Positions 38,911 to 52,594 of a stretch of DNA of 64,000 nucleotides are shown here, piece by piece. This stretch comes from Lama glama (taxonomy: Eukaryota): contig CM052817.1 in the NCBI GenBank assembly GCA_028534125.1, positions 83,206,001 to 83,270,000 on the forward strand, in the 5' to 3' direction. Both the position numbers and the translations under genes were made by a program. The first letter of the stretch is position 1. Every line of letters begins with the position of its first letter. Under the pieces are notes generated by a model. That model did not search any database, was not told where the DNA came from, and was given only the letters and a program-made list of their open reading frames with translations.

Positions 38911-39619
38911 TTATACAGAAAGGAATAGGCAAAAGAGTGTAAGTTCGTGCTGCAAGAGACATGCAACATTACCCAGTGACTGCAACAATTTTGATTTTGA
39001 AACTTAGATTCACTTGACATTCCCACAAACATGATCCAAAATTCTTCCATTTATGAAAAATGTTATAAGAATATAAATCAGCATTTTTTGCAATATGCCT
39101 TCATTCATGGAAGGGGAGAAGAATCTGTTAAGCCCCAGTACCCCTACCTGACAATTAAACTTGGAAAAACATAAGGAAGAACCTGCTCTGATTTGACCTC
39201 TTGGACTTAGGCAGTCAGTCATTAATAACTCTATGTTTTTAATACCTAATTATTGCATTTTATATAGTACTACAATAGTCCATATTGGTAGCCGGGGTTT
39301 AAATCAACTCCTTATTAAACCATATTCCAAGGTTATCAGTAGCAGTGATTCAATCTGTTCTCTTGGATATACAACACATAAACTAAAAATGCATGGTGAG
39401 CCCTTAGCTGACTTCCTAACAGATCGTTTCTTCCAGTTTGGCTCCCTTGCTTTGACAACCTGAATTAAACAAAATAAGAAGATGAATTGTCTTTTCTATG
39501 TTAAATTAAGTTATAATTTATGAATTAATTTATAATTTCAAAATAAAACTACAGGAAAAGCTGGATCTAACCAAAATAGTGTCAGAGAATCTGCCCAAAC
39601 TCTGAAGACTAGGTCAAAT

Positions 39620-39900
39620 CAGAGATTGCAAATGGCTAATTTCCTGTGCTAAGTTCCACAGAAGACCAGTATAGAGATTTTTATAATTTGGAATTAGTTA
39701 CCAACACTTGAAATTCACAACATTTTACATAAAAACTATTACATAAAAATCATTTCCCTAGGAAAACAAAATGAGAAGGATTGCCAACAAGTGACATGTG
39801 CTCTCCAGCTCATCAGAGTTCCCACTACTTCCCCTTGACTCACACTTCCTCTTCTTTACTTGACTATATTCCCTGGGTGCATTTGAGTTTACAACCCCTG
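39620..39900. mobile_element. MER102-like hAT element
   Basis: cagagattgcaaa...gaattagttaccaacacttgaaa...gcatttgagtttacaacccctg. Confidence 0.6.
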
Positions 39901-40064
39901 AGTTAGGTAAAATTTTGGTAAGTGCATAAAATATGGTTATGTCATTTATTATAGGACACCCAGCATTACCCAGGACACAGGGATACATGGCTGTCACCAA
40001 TCCTTTAATAATAAATAATAATCACTCACAAAATGAAGGCACGTTTTCTTAGTGACTATTAATA

Positions 40065-43000
40065 GAAGCATATTGTAAATAAGGATTTGAGTGTAAGTAA
40101 TTTATTCGGTAGATGATCCCAGCAAACAACAGTACTGTGTTGAAGTAAGACAAGGACACTATTACAGAATGTGTTGATGAGCAGGTTAATAACAACGGAC
40201 AGCTAGAGCTCAGTTGTGCTGGGGACCTCTGCAGTTTTCCACTTCAGAGCTGTTCCATCTGAGAGGCAAAGAAGTGGGATATTTATACACCAACTCTTAT
40301 GTGACATAAGTTAAGTGCTTGTCTTATGGGTGTTAGGTCCCCAGCACTTCTAGTCCCAACTCCACTGGCATGACCCAATCACACTCCTAACCAAAGAAAG
40401 ATTCAGGCAGATAGCTGGAAGTGCCTGCATCAGGAAACCATCAGAATATATGAAAACAGTGAGAAAATACAGGCAGGACACAAAGTATCTGCCATAGTCC
40501 ACTCCTTGCACCACTGAGATCTATTCATGTCACTTGTTTATTTCCCACTCTCCTGTCCCCAACTCTTCAAGTGCGCCAAGCCACAATTTCTAAAAATAAA
40601 AATAATATACAACTCTTCTATATTTTCTTAGATTGGTTAGAAATTTTGTTCATGTATTTTCTCCTCTCAATGAGGTTACCCAGATCTTCATTCCTAAGGG
40701 ACATGAGTTTCCAGTTACCATGTCCTAGTCAGGCCATGACTGTGCAGTAGCATCACTAGTTACGGAAGCACCAGGAGGTACCACAGTGAACCTGCTAAGT
40801 TCCAGGCAAACTTCTCTCTTCTCCGATTATGCAGCAGCAATTCTATCTCCTTGTGATAATCAGTCATTACCCCTGCCAGTATAGTATCTCTTTCCTTTGA
40901 CGGATGATCCACCAGCATGACAAGCCCAAAATTCCCAGTCAACAGCTGTAGCTTTAGGTTTATGGAATCATTACTGTGTCCCTTAGTTGAAACATACCTA
41001 GCCAGGTACCAGAATTCTAATTCAGCAGAGGCTAAAGTTACAGAGACAGAAGTACATATTGCAAAGATTGAAAGTTCAACATTCACTGCTGAGAGGTCAG
41101 GCATTCAACAGCTACAGTAGCTAGAATAATCTTGGTGAGAGGGAGCATAATGCTATTGGACCTCACGCATATCTCTCATTATTGGTCCTATGACTACTTC
41201 AGTAACAAGTCCATTGTGCAAGAAGTACTAATTTGACTGAGGAGAGTCTGGCTGACCTATGCTAAGATAGATGCTTAAGGATAAGACTGATGAAAAACAC
41301 AAAGATCCACACATTTTGTACCCACTCCCATAGCTCCGTTTGAATGTCCATACCTCATACTTTCTTGTATTTAGTCTTCCATCAAGCTCCATCTAGGCCT
41401 CTTAGCAATGAGCCAAGCCACTGGCCACTGCCCAGGAGTCAATGTATATCCTTACCTTACATCATTTCTCTCTCCTCAAAAAGTTGATGACCTGGTGTAC
41501 TGCTCAAAGATATATCCTAGTATGCCCAAGACCAAAATGCATAAGAATTTTACTGATGTTGAAAGCCCCTGAATATTTGCAGTGTTAATCTTCCACTACT
41601 TAACACACATGTGTCTTACCATACCACTCAGAATATTTGTCACTTTGGGGTCTCCAAACCCAGGTCAGAGAACCAATGTGAAGGATTTACCAGCTGATAA
41701 GTAGATCTATCTTGATAATAATCACAGATTGGTCTTGGGACCTATTTGATCCACTGTCAGATGAACTTAGGCCAGGAAGCTATTAGTCACCTGTCCTTCT
41801 TATGTCCTCATTCTAACAAGGGCCACAAGAGTATTTTTGGTCCTCAGGAATTAGTATCAACCCAGCCCTATATCCAAGAGTCCTTAAAAGATGTGGACAA
41901 TTCCTGTGCAGTAAAGTACTACATCTTGTCCAAAGAGATTTCTGGCATTTGTCTTTGCCTTCTGAGAACTAATCTCTAAGCCTTTGGAATGTCATGTCTT
42001 TATTTGCTGAGGGCCTTAGACATACCAGCCTGACAAATGTGGTCTACAGTGGGGGCTTTGAGTCATGTGGTATCAGCTCAGCCTCCAGAAGCACTAACAA
42101 CTGAAGTCAGCCTTGTGGGCAGTTAACCGTGGAATTCCCCAAACAGACTCTGCATATCAAGGCTCAAGTGAGCTTCTCTGGTTAACAATATTCCAAACAC
42201 ACTGTTCCACAACTTTGCCAGGAGGAGTTAACACTGTCCATGACTGTAGACATGGAGACAGAACATCTGGAGACAGGACACCTGGAACCTCTATGTTTAG
42301 AACCCTCCTGGACTCTACTCTATTCATTTCTTCCCTTAGTTGATTCCAATATGTCCTTTCCCTATAATAAACCTAACTATATATTAAAACTCTGCAATTA
42401 TTTCCCTATAATAAAACCATATCAGTGAGTATAACAGCTTTCACTGAGCTCTACGAGCTTATCTAGAAAATTACTGAAACCCAAGGTGGCTTGGGGAATC
42501 CTAGAATTGGCAATCGGTGCCAAAAGTAAGGGTGATCTTGTAAACTGTGTTCTCTCTAACTCTGACCTCCCATTTCCCTGGTATACAATTATTTTGGCAA
42601 ATGGCCATATTCCTTTGAGGAAAAATATGGGCACACCTACTTTATATTCTTACTGTGACATTGCTGGATATTTCTTTGAAGGGACATAGCATCCCCTTCA
42701 ACCAAAAGGCTCTGGGTCTGAAAACTGGGTCAAAACTGAGGGACTATTTTCCCCATTATAGTAGTTAACAGTATTCCTATGCTAATCTTACAGTTTGTCT
42801 GTCTGTTTGTTTTATTATACAAGTCAAGCAATGCCCTTGATGGCTGTCCATGTATCACACTCCCAGGAACAGTATGGCATGTTAGCCATTTCCACAGATA
42901 CCTGAGGGTTAAGGTCCCCTAGTTGCCATCCTAGTCTTGAGGCTGACTCATCATGGCATTTATGTCCACCTTGTTTCTAACAGTTAAGTGCCAACACCTG

Positions 43001-44560
43001 GCCTCTGCCATCCTCACTAACTTAGCTGAGTTCCATAGCAGTATCTCTTATCATCAATGCTGGTCTACAGAAGACAGCTCCACTGAGGGTCTGATGATGT
43101 TGGTATTGCATCCTGACCCTACTAACACATTCCTTTTCACTTCAGTGAATAAAACAATCACGAACCCTCACAGAGAACAGTTAGCTGATGGATCTCTAGC
43201 CTTGCAAGCTACATCTATTGCAACATGCCCATCTCTCTGGGCCTCTTGTCCTATCCTTAATACTCTGTCAAGACATCTGACATCCCTAACTTGCTTACTA
43301 TAAGTCATCATTGTTTACAAGCTTCACGGAGCCATTCCACAAGAGAATGAAAACCAGTTCCAGGTGTCTATGCCAGGACATAAAATCCTGAGTTATGGAA
43401 GAGTTCCCCGGTATTAGTAAGCTCTCCTCTACTCAGCACTACATTCTGTTGTTCTCGCTCTAGCACCTTCAAGATTCACACCCTGTGTATGTTCTCCTAG
43501 TTCCTGCAGGTGCCTACTGGTGAGATTCAGCAGTTTCGGGTGAATGACCCCTTTCATCCCACAGCAGAGTAACTCTTCCCTCCTCAAGTCATGCTGAGAC
43601 TTGACTCCTATTATTGATTTACTCAGTGAGCGGCCGTGGGAAGAGGAGTGGGCACTGCTTGTGAAGGACAATCACCATCTTGAAAAATATCTACCTTTCA
43701 TCCTCTGTTAGTCATTTCTAGCCAGTGAGAGCCTATTATTCTCTTATAATGTGAGAAAGATTGAGAGAGAGAACGTTCATCTACCCCAGAGGCATGAGGA
43801 AAATCTAAGGTGTTGGTTTCTCAAGCCTAGTCATCTAAATGTGCTAATTCCAGATCTCAGGGTTCTGTCTCTTCTCTGTCAGGGTCCCTTTCTCAAGCCT
43901 TTGCCAGGGCTATGAATTCAGCTTCTTCCGTTACTTCCCTATTCTTATAATCAAATCTTGGGCCTGCTTCTTACCACAGTCTGTTCTCTGGCTGTTGGAG
44001 ATGTGGGGCTCTTTAAAAGCTATCACAGAGAACGAGCTTTCACATTTCTGAAGACAATATTCAGCTGAATTGAGCCTGCTGCATTCTTCCTTCAGGACTT
44101 CTATGACCATTAACAACAGCCATCCAACTACACAGCTCTGAAAAATAATGCTCTATATATTCCAAGTACAGAGTAATTGCATGGACGGTGCATCCTTTCT
44201 ACACCTACACCTCATCTCCATCTACCACAGGTAACAGTGTTAATAACTGTGATACTACAGATCATCAAGAGTTCATGACAGCACCCTCACCCTCAGCAAT
44301 GAAGCCTTTCCCTCAACTGGCAAGTGAGTGAGCTAACCCCAGGGTCTGCTTCCTAGTACCCCACTTATGGTATAAATTGTCTAAGGTTGGATTCTTCCAG
44401 AAGCTGACTCTGAAAGAGTTTGAATGCAAGTAATTTATGTGGGAGGTGATCCTAGAAATGACAATTTGGGGAGTGCAAACTAAGAGAGCAATCTCTGAGT
44501 GATCAATATCCATGCATCTAGGTGGTGTGGGCCTGACTGTCTCTACTAACCCAACTCTGG
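40065..44560 (-). mobile_element. Decayed ERVL provirus (ERV3-16A3/LTR16-like) with both LTR remnants (about 40065-40495 and 44379-44560)
   Basis: Both ends share ttgagtgtaagtaatttattcggtagatgatcc / tttgaatgcaagtaatttatgtgggaggtgatcc. PPT-like atagtccactccttgca near 40494-40510. PBS-like ccccacttatggtataaatt near 44359-44378. Minus-strand peptide GNFGLVMLVD...TILAGVMTDYHKEIELLLHN is typical of the ERVL region after integrase. Confidence 0.75.
41905..42570 (+). mobile_element. MER21-like LTR nested in the ERVL provirus in opposite orientation
   Basis: tgtccaaagagatttctggcatttgtc...aatctctaagcctttggaatgtc...gagtataacagctttcactgag...aagtaagggtgatcttg...ctctaactctg. Confidence 0.8.
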
Positions 44561-45384
44561 CTTCAGAACTGAGAGTAGCATTGTACTACTATCCAAAAGA
44601 CAGACTGCATGCAGGCTCAGGATGCCAGCAAAGAAGGGGCACACAAAAATAATGTTCATCTTCATTAAACTTGTCCAGGAAAAAAAAATTAAGAAAAAAA
44701 TAATTTCACTTTCAGCAATAATGTACGTTTTGTGTTCTATAATTTACTATTGCTTTAATTTTTAAATAATGAGTATAGGAAGCATAAATCTTTTTGGTGA
44801 TTTTCAGTGCTAAGATCTAAAATCATCTTAATCTGAGCCACCCTCTGATGACACACTCTGTCTACTCATTGAAGATAGCAGGTCAGATCCCGCCCTGCTG
44901 GGTTTCTGAACAATCTTCTCCTTCTTAACAATTTAACACCAATTCTTCAGTCAAACTTCAAATAAGCTCACTCTGAACATCATGACTGGTTCCTCCCAGC
45001 ATGTTCCTGAGTGCCCAAACCCACCCAGGCTCTGGTCCCATATGCATGCCCTCCTTCCAGGGACCCTCTCCCCTTCCCTGACCTCTCTCATCTCCCAAAA
45101 CAGTAAATTCATTCCTGTCTCCCTTCTTCCTTTTAGTAAGGGAGATTCATTACCAAAAAGAGAGAGCGAGACAAAATACACATATCTCCCAAAGAAAACT
45201 TCAGTCAAAAGAATTGTCACGTAAAATTTTACCCATCTTACCCTTGCTCCCAATGTAGAAATCACTTCTAGGGGAAACTACACTTAATACTAATAATAAT
45301 AATTTTAGTTAATTATGAAATCTATTGCTAAATAGGTATATTTGATCATAGAAAAATCTAAGAAATAAGTAAGTGACATGATTT

Positions 45385-45575
45385 CTAAGTACTTCCTATC
45401 TACCAGGCACTATACACTAAGTGCTTAACAGGGATTATGTCATTTAATCCTGACCAAAACCATTGCTGTCGATACTACTTTTATCCTATTTTAGTGATGA
45501 AGAAACTGAGGCTTTAAGAGATTGGAATCTGGATCTGTCTAATGGGAATACATACTCTTAACAGCTATGCTGAAT
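45385..45575 (-). mobile_element. MIR SINE
   Basis: ccaggcactatacactaagtgctta...tcatttaatcct...gatgaagaaactgaggc. Confidence 0.75.
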
Positions 45576-46784
45576 TTCATAAATTAAATAGTGAAGAACG
45601 GAAGAAACAAGATAGAGAAAATGAGGAGGAAAAAGCTGGAGGGGTTCTCTAGAGTGGTTCAAATCCACACTGCTTTCCCCTTCAGAAAACTCTCTCATAG
45701 TTTCCTAAAGAAGAACCACTATGTAATTCCCTCCTGTCACCTCAACCCTAAGTACTGCTTGTAACCCTAGGCCTAGATACAAGTGCATATACAGACAATG
45801 TGTACACATTTCACACTCGTAACAAATTCCATCTGAGGAAGTAAAAATCAGACTGACTAGGAAACAGACCGGAAGCCATCACTGCCTTGTTCCAGCAGTT
45901 TCTCTGCTCCCTCTCCGTTTAGAGACAATGCACCTTCAGGCCTTACCTCTGAGCCCAAAGTCCCTGCCTCTCAGACTAAACATGCCGACTGCCAGCCAAA
46001 ACAAACACCTTTACTGACAACCAAGTTCTGCCTGGATAATTTTCACTTAAAAAAAAAAAAAAACTACAAAGTATGCTCCATCCCCAAAGGAATTCGTTCC
46101 TACTCTGCTATTTCTTCATGTTGAGGAGAGACTATGATGATATGTGAGAATAGCTAGCTGTGTCCTGACTCAAGCATTTCACAGGAATATTTGCAAGGCT
46201 AAATTTAGAAAAAAGAAAAATCTTAGAATTAGTATAAAAATCAAAAGTTAAAATCCTGCTTCAACTCACACTGATCAGTCTTTCAAAAAACTGCAAGAGC
46301 ACAATTACGCGGTTGCTCTCTAGCCATGTGGGTCTGAAATTACTAGCAGATACATAATTCCAGGCTTGATCTCACATCTCGCCTGGCTCTGCTTTTAACT
46401 CTGTATGTCCATGCTGAGGATTCAAGCTGCTTCCCCAGCTTATAACAAGCCCTTTTCAGAGACAGGTCTTCCACCTTCCCACTGCCAGTATTAACAAGGA
46501 GCATAAGCCTCAAACCAAACTTCAAAAGAACGATTTTCTTGGAACATTATCCTGTAATAGGCTTCAAGTACAGCCTTCTTTAGGGGTTTAGTATCTCTAT
46601 AGAAAGTAGTTAATCTAGTGGGAGAAAATCTAGAGTCCTAGAAAAAGGAGGCCAAAGAGCCTAAATTTGGGGTAGATTTGGTATTTCCCTCTTTCTGGGT
46701 GGTGGGGGAAGAGAGAACTGGATCCTGATGATGTTAATACACATATGGATCTGATTCCAAAGGCAGAAGTTAAATCTCACTCAC

Positions 46785-46956
46785 CTTTGGAAAACGAAGC
46801 TAGCATCTTCAGACTGAGGTTCCCTGATGTATGAGAATATGAGCCTGTTCAACATGATCCCACGAGGCTCATGCAACATGAACTCCATGTAAATACTCCA
46901 AAACCGCAACTGATTGGAATTCTCAGGAAAGGAGATGTTCTAAGTCATTGAATTTT
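46785..46956 (-). other. Weak candidate exon
   Basis: Minus strand: strong donor CCAAAG|gtgagt and moderate acceptor tttttctgttcaattctgacttgaccag|. Confidence 0.25.
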
Positions 46957-48684
46957 CTGGTCAAGTCAGAATTGAACAGAAAAATCCTTCCTATTTTAAC
47001 CCTTAAGATCAAAAATGTTTATAAAGGCATTAGTCTATTTTCCTGATTTATTAAATACAGCATGGAGAATATAATTCAATCTCTATTTGATGATTCAGAT
47101 ACTTATGGTCCCTAAGGTCATATTTTTGGGAATCAGTTACTCTGGTGCTATAACTATGAAGTCAGAGGTTAAGAAACTGAGACAGAGCTGTACTGACATT
47201 AGGTTATTGTTATAAGAGTTTAGTATAAAGTCATCATTGACAGGTACTTATTGTCATTCTGCCTATTTCTTATAAAATTACAGAGTTAAAAAATTCTGAT
47301 TAATGGATGATTCGATTATTTAAGAATTTGAATGTTTTTACTAGCTTTGCATAGCTTTTCCTGGGGGGGGAAACTTTTCATCTTGATCTAAGAAAGATCC
47401 CATTTCTAACTGGCTGCATGGTTCATACAGATATCATAAAATCTATTAAAAATGAAAGTGACACAATATAAATTAAATTGAAAGCAACCTAAATTACACC
47501 TCCGGTAATAAGTTGCTTTTATCACTGTTAGGGCGGTTGTTTTTGCTGTTGTTTTGGTAAAACAAGGCTGCTGCTATACAGTAGAAGTATCACTGAAATT
47601 CAAAAACCATCACAAGTTATTTCTGCTTCAGTTCAAGAGGGAAAGACCTTTCAGTAATGTCAGGAGAAAGTTTTTTGTACTCAAATCCTCATGAGCTGTG
47701 CAGCCCTGGAGTAATGAAAGATAAATCAGGCCAGTCACGCGCACGAAGACCAAGAATGAGCAGCAAAACTAACCACAGCAATGGAGACTTCAAGTGCCAG
47801 CAGGCGCAGAAAGGCCTTACGCCAGCAGTTTCTTATGCCCCTATTCTCCAAAGGTTGTGTTTTTCCTGGCAAGAGAGGATGAGGGGAGGTGCATTTCCTA
47901 AAACTTGTCAATGGCGTTATGCTCTCTGAGTAAGAAGAGCACTAGTGAAAACACAGGATCTGTCTCCTTTCCGTCAGCTCTCTATTTGCCAGCAAGGCAG
48001 TGTTTATGACTTCTTATGTTTGCCTAACAAATATGTTCACCATCAGCAATTCTAACTCGACCTATCCCTCCCTGATGGTTATCCAGAGTTCTGTGCCAAG
48101 CAGAAGGGCTAGGGGGAAAAGGGAGGGCACAGAAAATGGCAAGAGAAGGAGAAGAAGGAAAAAACGGCACTAGGCAAAGAGAACCTGTCATGCACAATCA
48201 AACAATTGATTCTTGTCAACAAGACTAAACCTGTGTTCATTTCTCTGCCTTTCCTATTTTTAGTGTACTTGCCAAGTACAAGACCAAAAAGAAACTGTTT
48301 CCATTAGATTTTGCCCATATGCTATCCACAAAATCTTTAAGTAATACCTGCCTTATTTGTTTGTAGATACAAACTTATGCAAGTAACATTCTTCCACTTA
48401 AGACTAAGATGAACAGTAAGTAAATTCCATTTTCTACCCAAGGCTCTAATCTGTTTCAATGTGGACCCACCAAGACCTAAACTTTCATTAGGTTAACAAA
48501 ACAATCCTTCTGCCCAAAAGTTTAAAGTCTTTTTTGATTTCAAGATCTCATCTAAATAGTCAACTACTTAGGACTTTATTGGCAGAAACTTGGAAAGACA
48601 GGGAACAAGGAGATGCAGCCAGGAGAAGAGTGTAGAGCTTCAGACATGCTGTATATACTAGACATGTGTATACTTAACATACTT

Positions 48685-50005
48685 AAACCCAAGGAGAAAA
48701 TGCTTCTTAAAATATGCTACTTTGTGCTTTGTTTTTCTGAAAAGTTTTAACCCCAAACATAGCATGTTTAAGTATATAGTGATACTTAAATCACTAAGAT
48801 TTCCATTCCACTGATACTAATTTATTTCAGATTGCTCCATAGTGCTGCTAGTGAAAGCCAGCAAACATATGCCAAGACAAGCCAAAGAGGGAAATGACCT
48901 CCCTTTACCCAAGTCGGTTGTCAAGTGGGTTGTAAATAGTCAGAATGAATAAACATTTAGTTGTTGATGCTTTATTAATATTCAGTTAAATTGCCAGATA
49001 CAAATTTGTAAAGTATTTGTTAAATACTGTCCTAAAATCAGTTTCAGATATCAATAGTCAGAGCCCTGAGTTCAGTGTGCCACTGTTTTGGATTCTTTTT
49101 AAATATTTGCTTGGCAAGAAAGGGTTAAATGAAGGGTCTTAAACAGGACAAGGTTTCTTAGGAATAAAGCTAGCTATCCTTCAATGACAGGTTTGACATA
49201 TAAAGATGAGCACAAAAGCAGCATAACTGAAAAAAAGAAGGAAATCGATACTTTTTTAAGCTATTATAAACTTTACGTTTATAATTAAACTGTAAGTTTA
49301 AATTACATCTCAGGAACAGCAGACCAACACTTTTGTCCTAACTGTGGGGAAGAAAAAAGCAGAATAGTTAAAGTTAAGTGAAAAGAAACTTTTAACTACT
49401 TAGAAGATAGTTTGAAGTAATGGACTAGATTTACTCACAATAACCTAGATATATCTTAAACAAATACTCCTAAGTGAAATTTTTAATATAAGAAACAGAA
49501 TAAGATATATAGAATATCACTTATGTAAATGTAAAATAAAAATACATGTGCACAAAGCGTTAATAAGATTTAGTAAGTGTATATATCAAAATAAAAGGAT
49601 ACACAGTGAATGCATTCAAAGAGCTGTCTATGGTACTGTGGGAGGCAAGAGTGGAGAATGAAGCTAAAGATATAAATTGTTAGAAAATAAATCCTGCATG
49701 GGTCAATATGACCCTGTACAATCAACTAAGAAATATGATTATATCAACCTTATGGTAGCACAGTCCAAAAATTATAGTCATAATCAACAAAGTTTTATAT
49801 GTAAAAGTGACACAAAAATAAAACCTCCAGGGATAAGATAGGTAACGGTCGGTTAGTTCAACAAGAAATGTAATCATCAGGCCAATGAGTACTACACTTG
49901 TGGTTCAATACTCTTAAGAAATTTGTTGGGAGAAACCCAATGAGAAAATGCTTCTTAAAATATGCTACTTTGTGCTTTGTTTTTCTCATAAGATTTAACG
50001 CCAAA
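48685..50005 (+). repeat. Dispersed 73-bp direct repeat (48685-48757 and 49933-50005) with a 45-bp perfect core
   Basis: gagaaaatgcttcttaaaatatgctactttgtgctttgtttttct at 48694-48738 and 49942-49986. Five mismatches over 73 bp. Confidence 0.95.
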
Positions 50006-50546
50006 TGAGAGACTAAAACCAAATCTAGGCTTTGATCTTCTTTAGTGCAAGATCATTTTCAGATATATGTGGAAAGAAGGATACAGATTTGTAGTATAAA
50101 CAAGAAAACTTGGTGATGAGTTGGCTATGAAGTAAAAGGTGAAGTCAAGGAAGGCAGACAGATTTCTAATTTAAGGAAATAGGTGCATAAAAATTGAGAA
50201 GAGAAACATCAGTGGAAAAGGGGGTATAGAATATTAGATCTCTATATTCAGTGCATCAGTAGTTTGAATACGGCCAGTTTTTATAGCCTCCTCTAAAGCA
50301 TGCCTGTGGTTTAAGGTCAAAGGGAAAGTCAGATAAAGCGTTTCTATAAGGACTCAAAGAGTTTTCTGACAACGTAGTTTAATCCAGGGACAAAAGGCAT
50401 GATATTTTTTTAAATCCTCCCTGAATATTATTTCTCACAACTGAGGTTTTGATGAGCACAGAGCATCAGAGAGTTTGATGCCATATTATTTAACCAGGTT
50501 CTTAAAAGCCAGTTACCCACATTAGACAACCATCTAAGTACCAGCT

Positions 50547-50755
50547 GTGGCATGTTTTATTTTCTAAGAATATATACATATGCCTACTACTCCACATTCT
50601 CTCTTAGAGTGTGATGTTTACACTTCTCCATGAAGAAGCAGGTTCTATGCTCCCTCACTTTGAACATGGTGGACCTTCAAACTGCTTTGAGCAATGGGCT
50701 ATGTTGAAAGGAACACTGACTTCCTAGGCTTGGTCATAAAAGATGAGACGGTCTC

Positions 50756-50793
<38 letters not shown>

Positions 50794-51166
50794 CTAGGAT
50801 ATGTAACTTGGGAGTTCAGAGGCAACATTTAAGAAGTCTGGCCAACCTGATGCTAGCATACTGGAAGTCACATGAAGAGAATACACAGACAGAGAGATGT
50901 TTGAGGAGACCTCACTAGTCCCGTCCCAAGCTGTTGGAGTCCTCAGTCCTCACAACCTGACATATGAGTGAAGGATTCAAGAGATCCTTGGCCTTAGGCA
51001 CAATCTTACCATAACAGCATGAGAGACCCAGGCCAAAACTGCCAAGCTCAGTGACTTCTGAATTCCTGAGCACAGAAGCCATCTGAGATTTAAAAAAATC
51101 ATTTATGTTGTTTTAAACCACAAAAGTTTGGGGTGATTTGTAATGCAGCAATAGGGCACTGATACA
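50547..51166 (+). mobile_element. MLT1G/H-like LTR containing (CT)15 at 50761-50790
   Basis: tctatgctccctcactttgaac...ttgttttaaaccacaaaagtttggggtgatttgtaatgcagcaatagggcactgataca. Confidence 0.8.
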
Positions 51167-51309
51167 GCAGTCTTTCACGGAAGTTTAAGAACTTAACCAG
51201 GACGTGGCCCTGAATGAATGAGTACCCTACCTACATGCAGAGAGAAAATCTGTGATTAAGCCTCAGAGCTGGATGATTAAGATTCTCGTTTACTTGTTTT
51301 TGTTGTTGT

Positions 51310-51530
51310 TATCTGCTAACATTCACTTGCTACTTCCTCTGTACCAGGCACTGTTACTCCCAACAACCCATTCAAACGTTTACTATTTTATTGTGATTTT
51401 ACATTTGAGGAAACTAAAGCACGGTTAAGAAACTGCCAAAGTTAAGAAAAGCATCCACTGAGGAAGCACCATCCAGTGGGAGGGTCTGATTCCAGAGCCA
51501 CGCTTCTAACCATCATGATCCACTGCTTTT
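51310..51530 (-). mobile_element. MIR SINE
   Basis: tgtaccaggcactgtt...atttacatttgaggaaactaaagcacggttaag...gtctgattccagagccacgcttctaacca. Confidence 0.75.
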
Positions 51531-52490
51531 GGCACTCTTCATGATTGAGTTCAATTATAAACTTTTGGGATGATGACAAAATTTAAGTGGAACTATACTA
51601 CTACAAACTCAGCTAAATAAACCTGCTGAAAACTGTTACCCTAATAATGTTGCTTTGTGCTATATGTACCCAAGCAAGGCCACCTGCAATGTTCTAATCC
51701 TACAGACCAAAAATCTAGTTAGTGAGTGCAAAATGTTAATATGTAATGGATCTAAATAGATTAATATACCAATCATAACAATACCTTGACTCATAGCAAA
51801 AGGTTATTAAGGCCATTAAAAGGCGTATGTACAAACTGGGATCAGGAAACATATGACAGTTGTGCTAAACCTTATTCTAACACAAGGTAACATATACTGG
51901 TGGTTCAAGAAATGCTAATATTGACATAAACAATGTTATTCTATCTAAAAGAAAATGGAGGAAGAATCAACAAAAAAAATTTTATTTTTGTCTCAATTCA
52001 CAGCAGGCACTATATTTAAATCAACACTTTAGACTGAAAGTGCTGGCAGGAATTCAGCATAGCTCATTACGTCCCCTGAGACATCACTACAGTGTGTTTT
52101 CTTTTTAAAAAATAACACTTAAACACTTTCTCTCTTATAAACTGTTAAGAAGTATCACTATATTACTATTTCATGATGAAGTAGGCAGTCTCAGCATGTG
52201 TGGCTAGTTGTGGGTGGGACTGGAGTGGGAAGTCCTCATCAAGACATACATCATCATGATCGTTCAAGGCTTTCTCACAGGAACTTGCTCTACGGCAACA
52301 AGGTAGGTGCAATATTTTAACTCCCTCACTGTCATACACAATTTGCCAGGAGTCCATAAAGCATTATTCTAGTTCACAAATTCTAAGAGACTTTTTTCTT
52401 TTGTTTGGCATGATTCATTTTAAATATGAGTTCTAAATGCAGTAAGAAATGCCCAAAGCATAATTTCCCTAAAGCTAAATTTTAACTTAC

Positions 52491-52594
52491 CTTTCCCTAA
52501 GGCTCATTAACATTGCATGCAACACTATGGATTTTAATCCTGGAATCATCTTTTAAAGATACAACAGTAGGATCAAATTCCTGGCTGTATAACC
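52491..52594 (-). other. Candidate 104-nt non-coding exon of the minus-strand host gene
   Basis: Minus strand: tatatttctctgttggtgttgcctag|GGTTATACAG...TTAGGGAAAG|gtaagt, a perfect AAG|GTAAGT donor. Confidence 0.5.

Noticed and set aside
52071..52085. tcccctgagac resembling the miR-125 5' end
   Set aside because: The match is short and imperfect, with no supporting hairpin.
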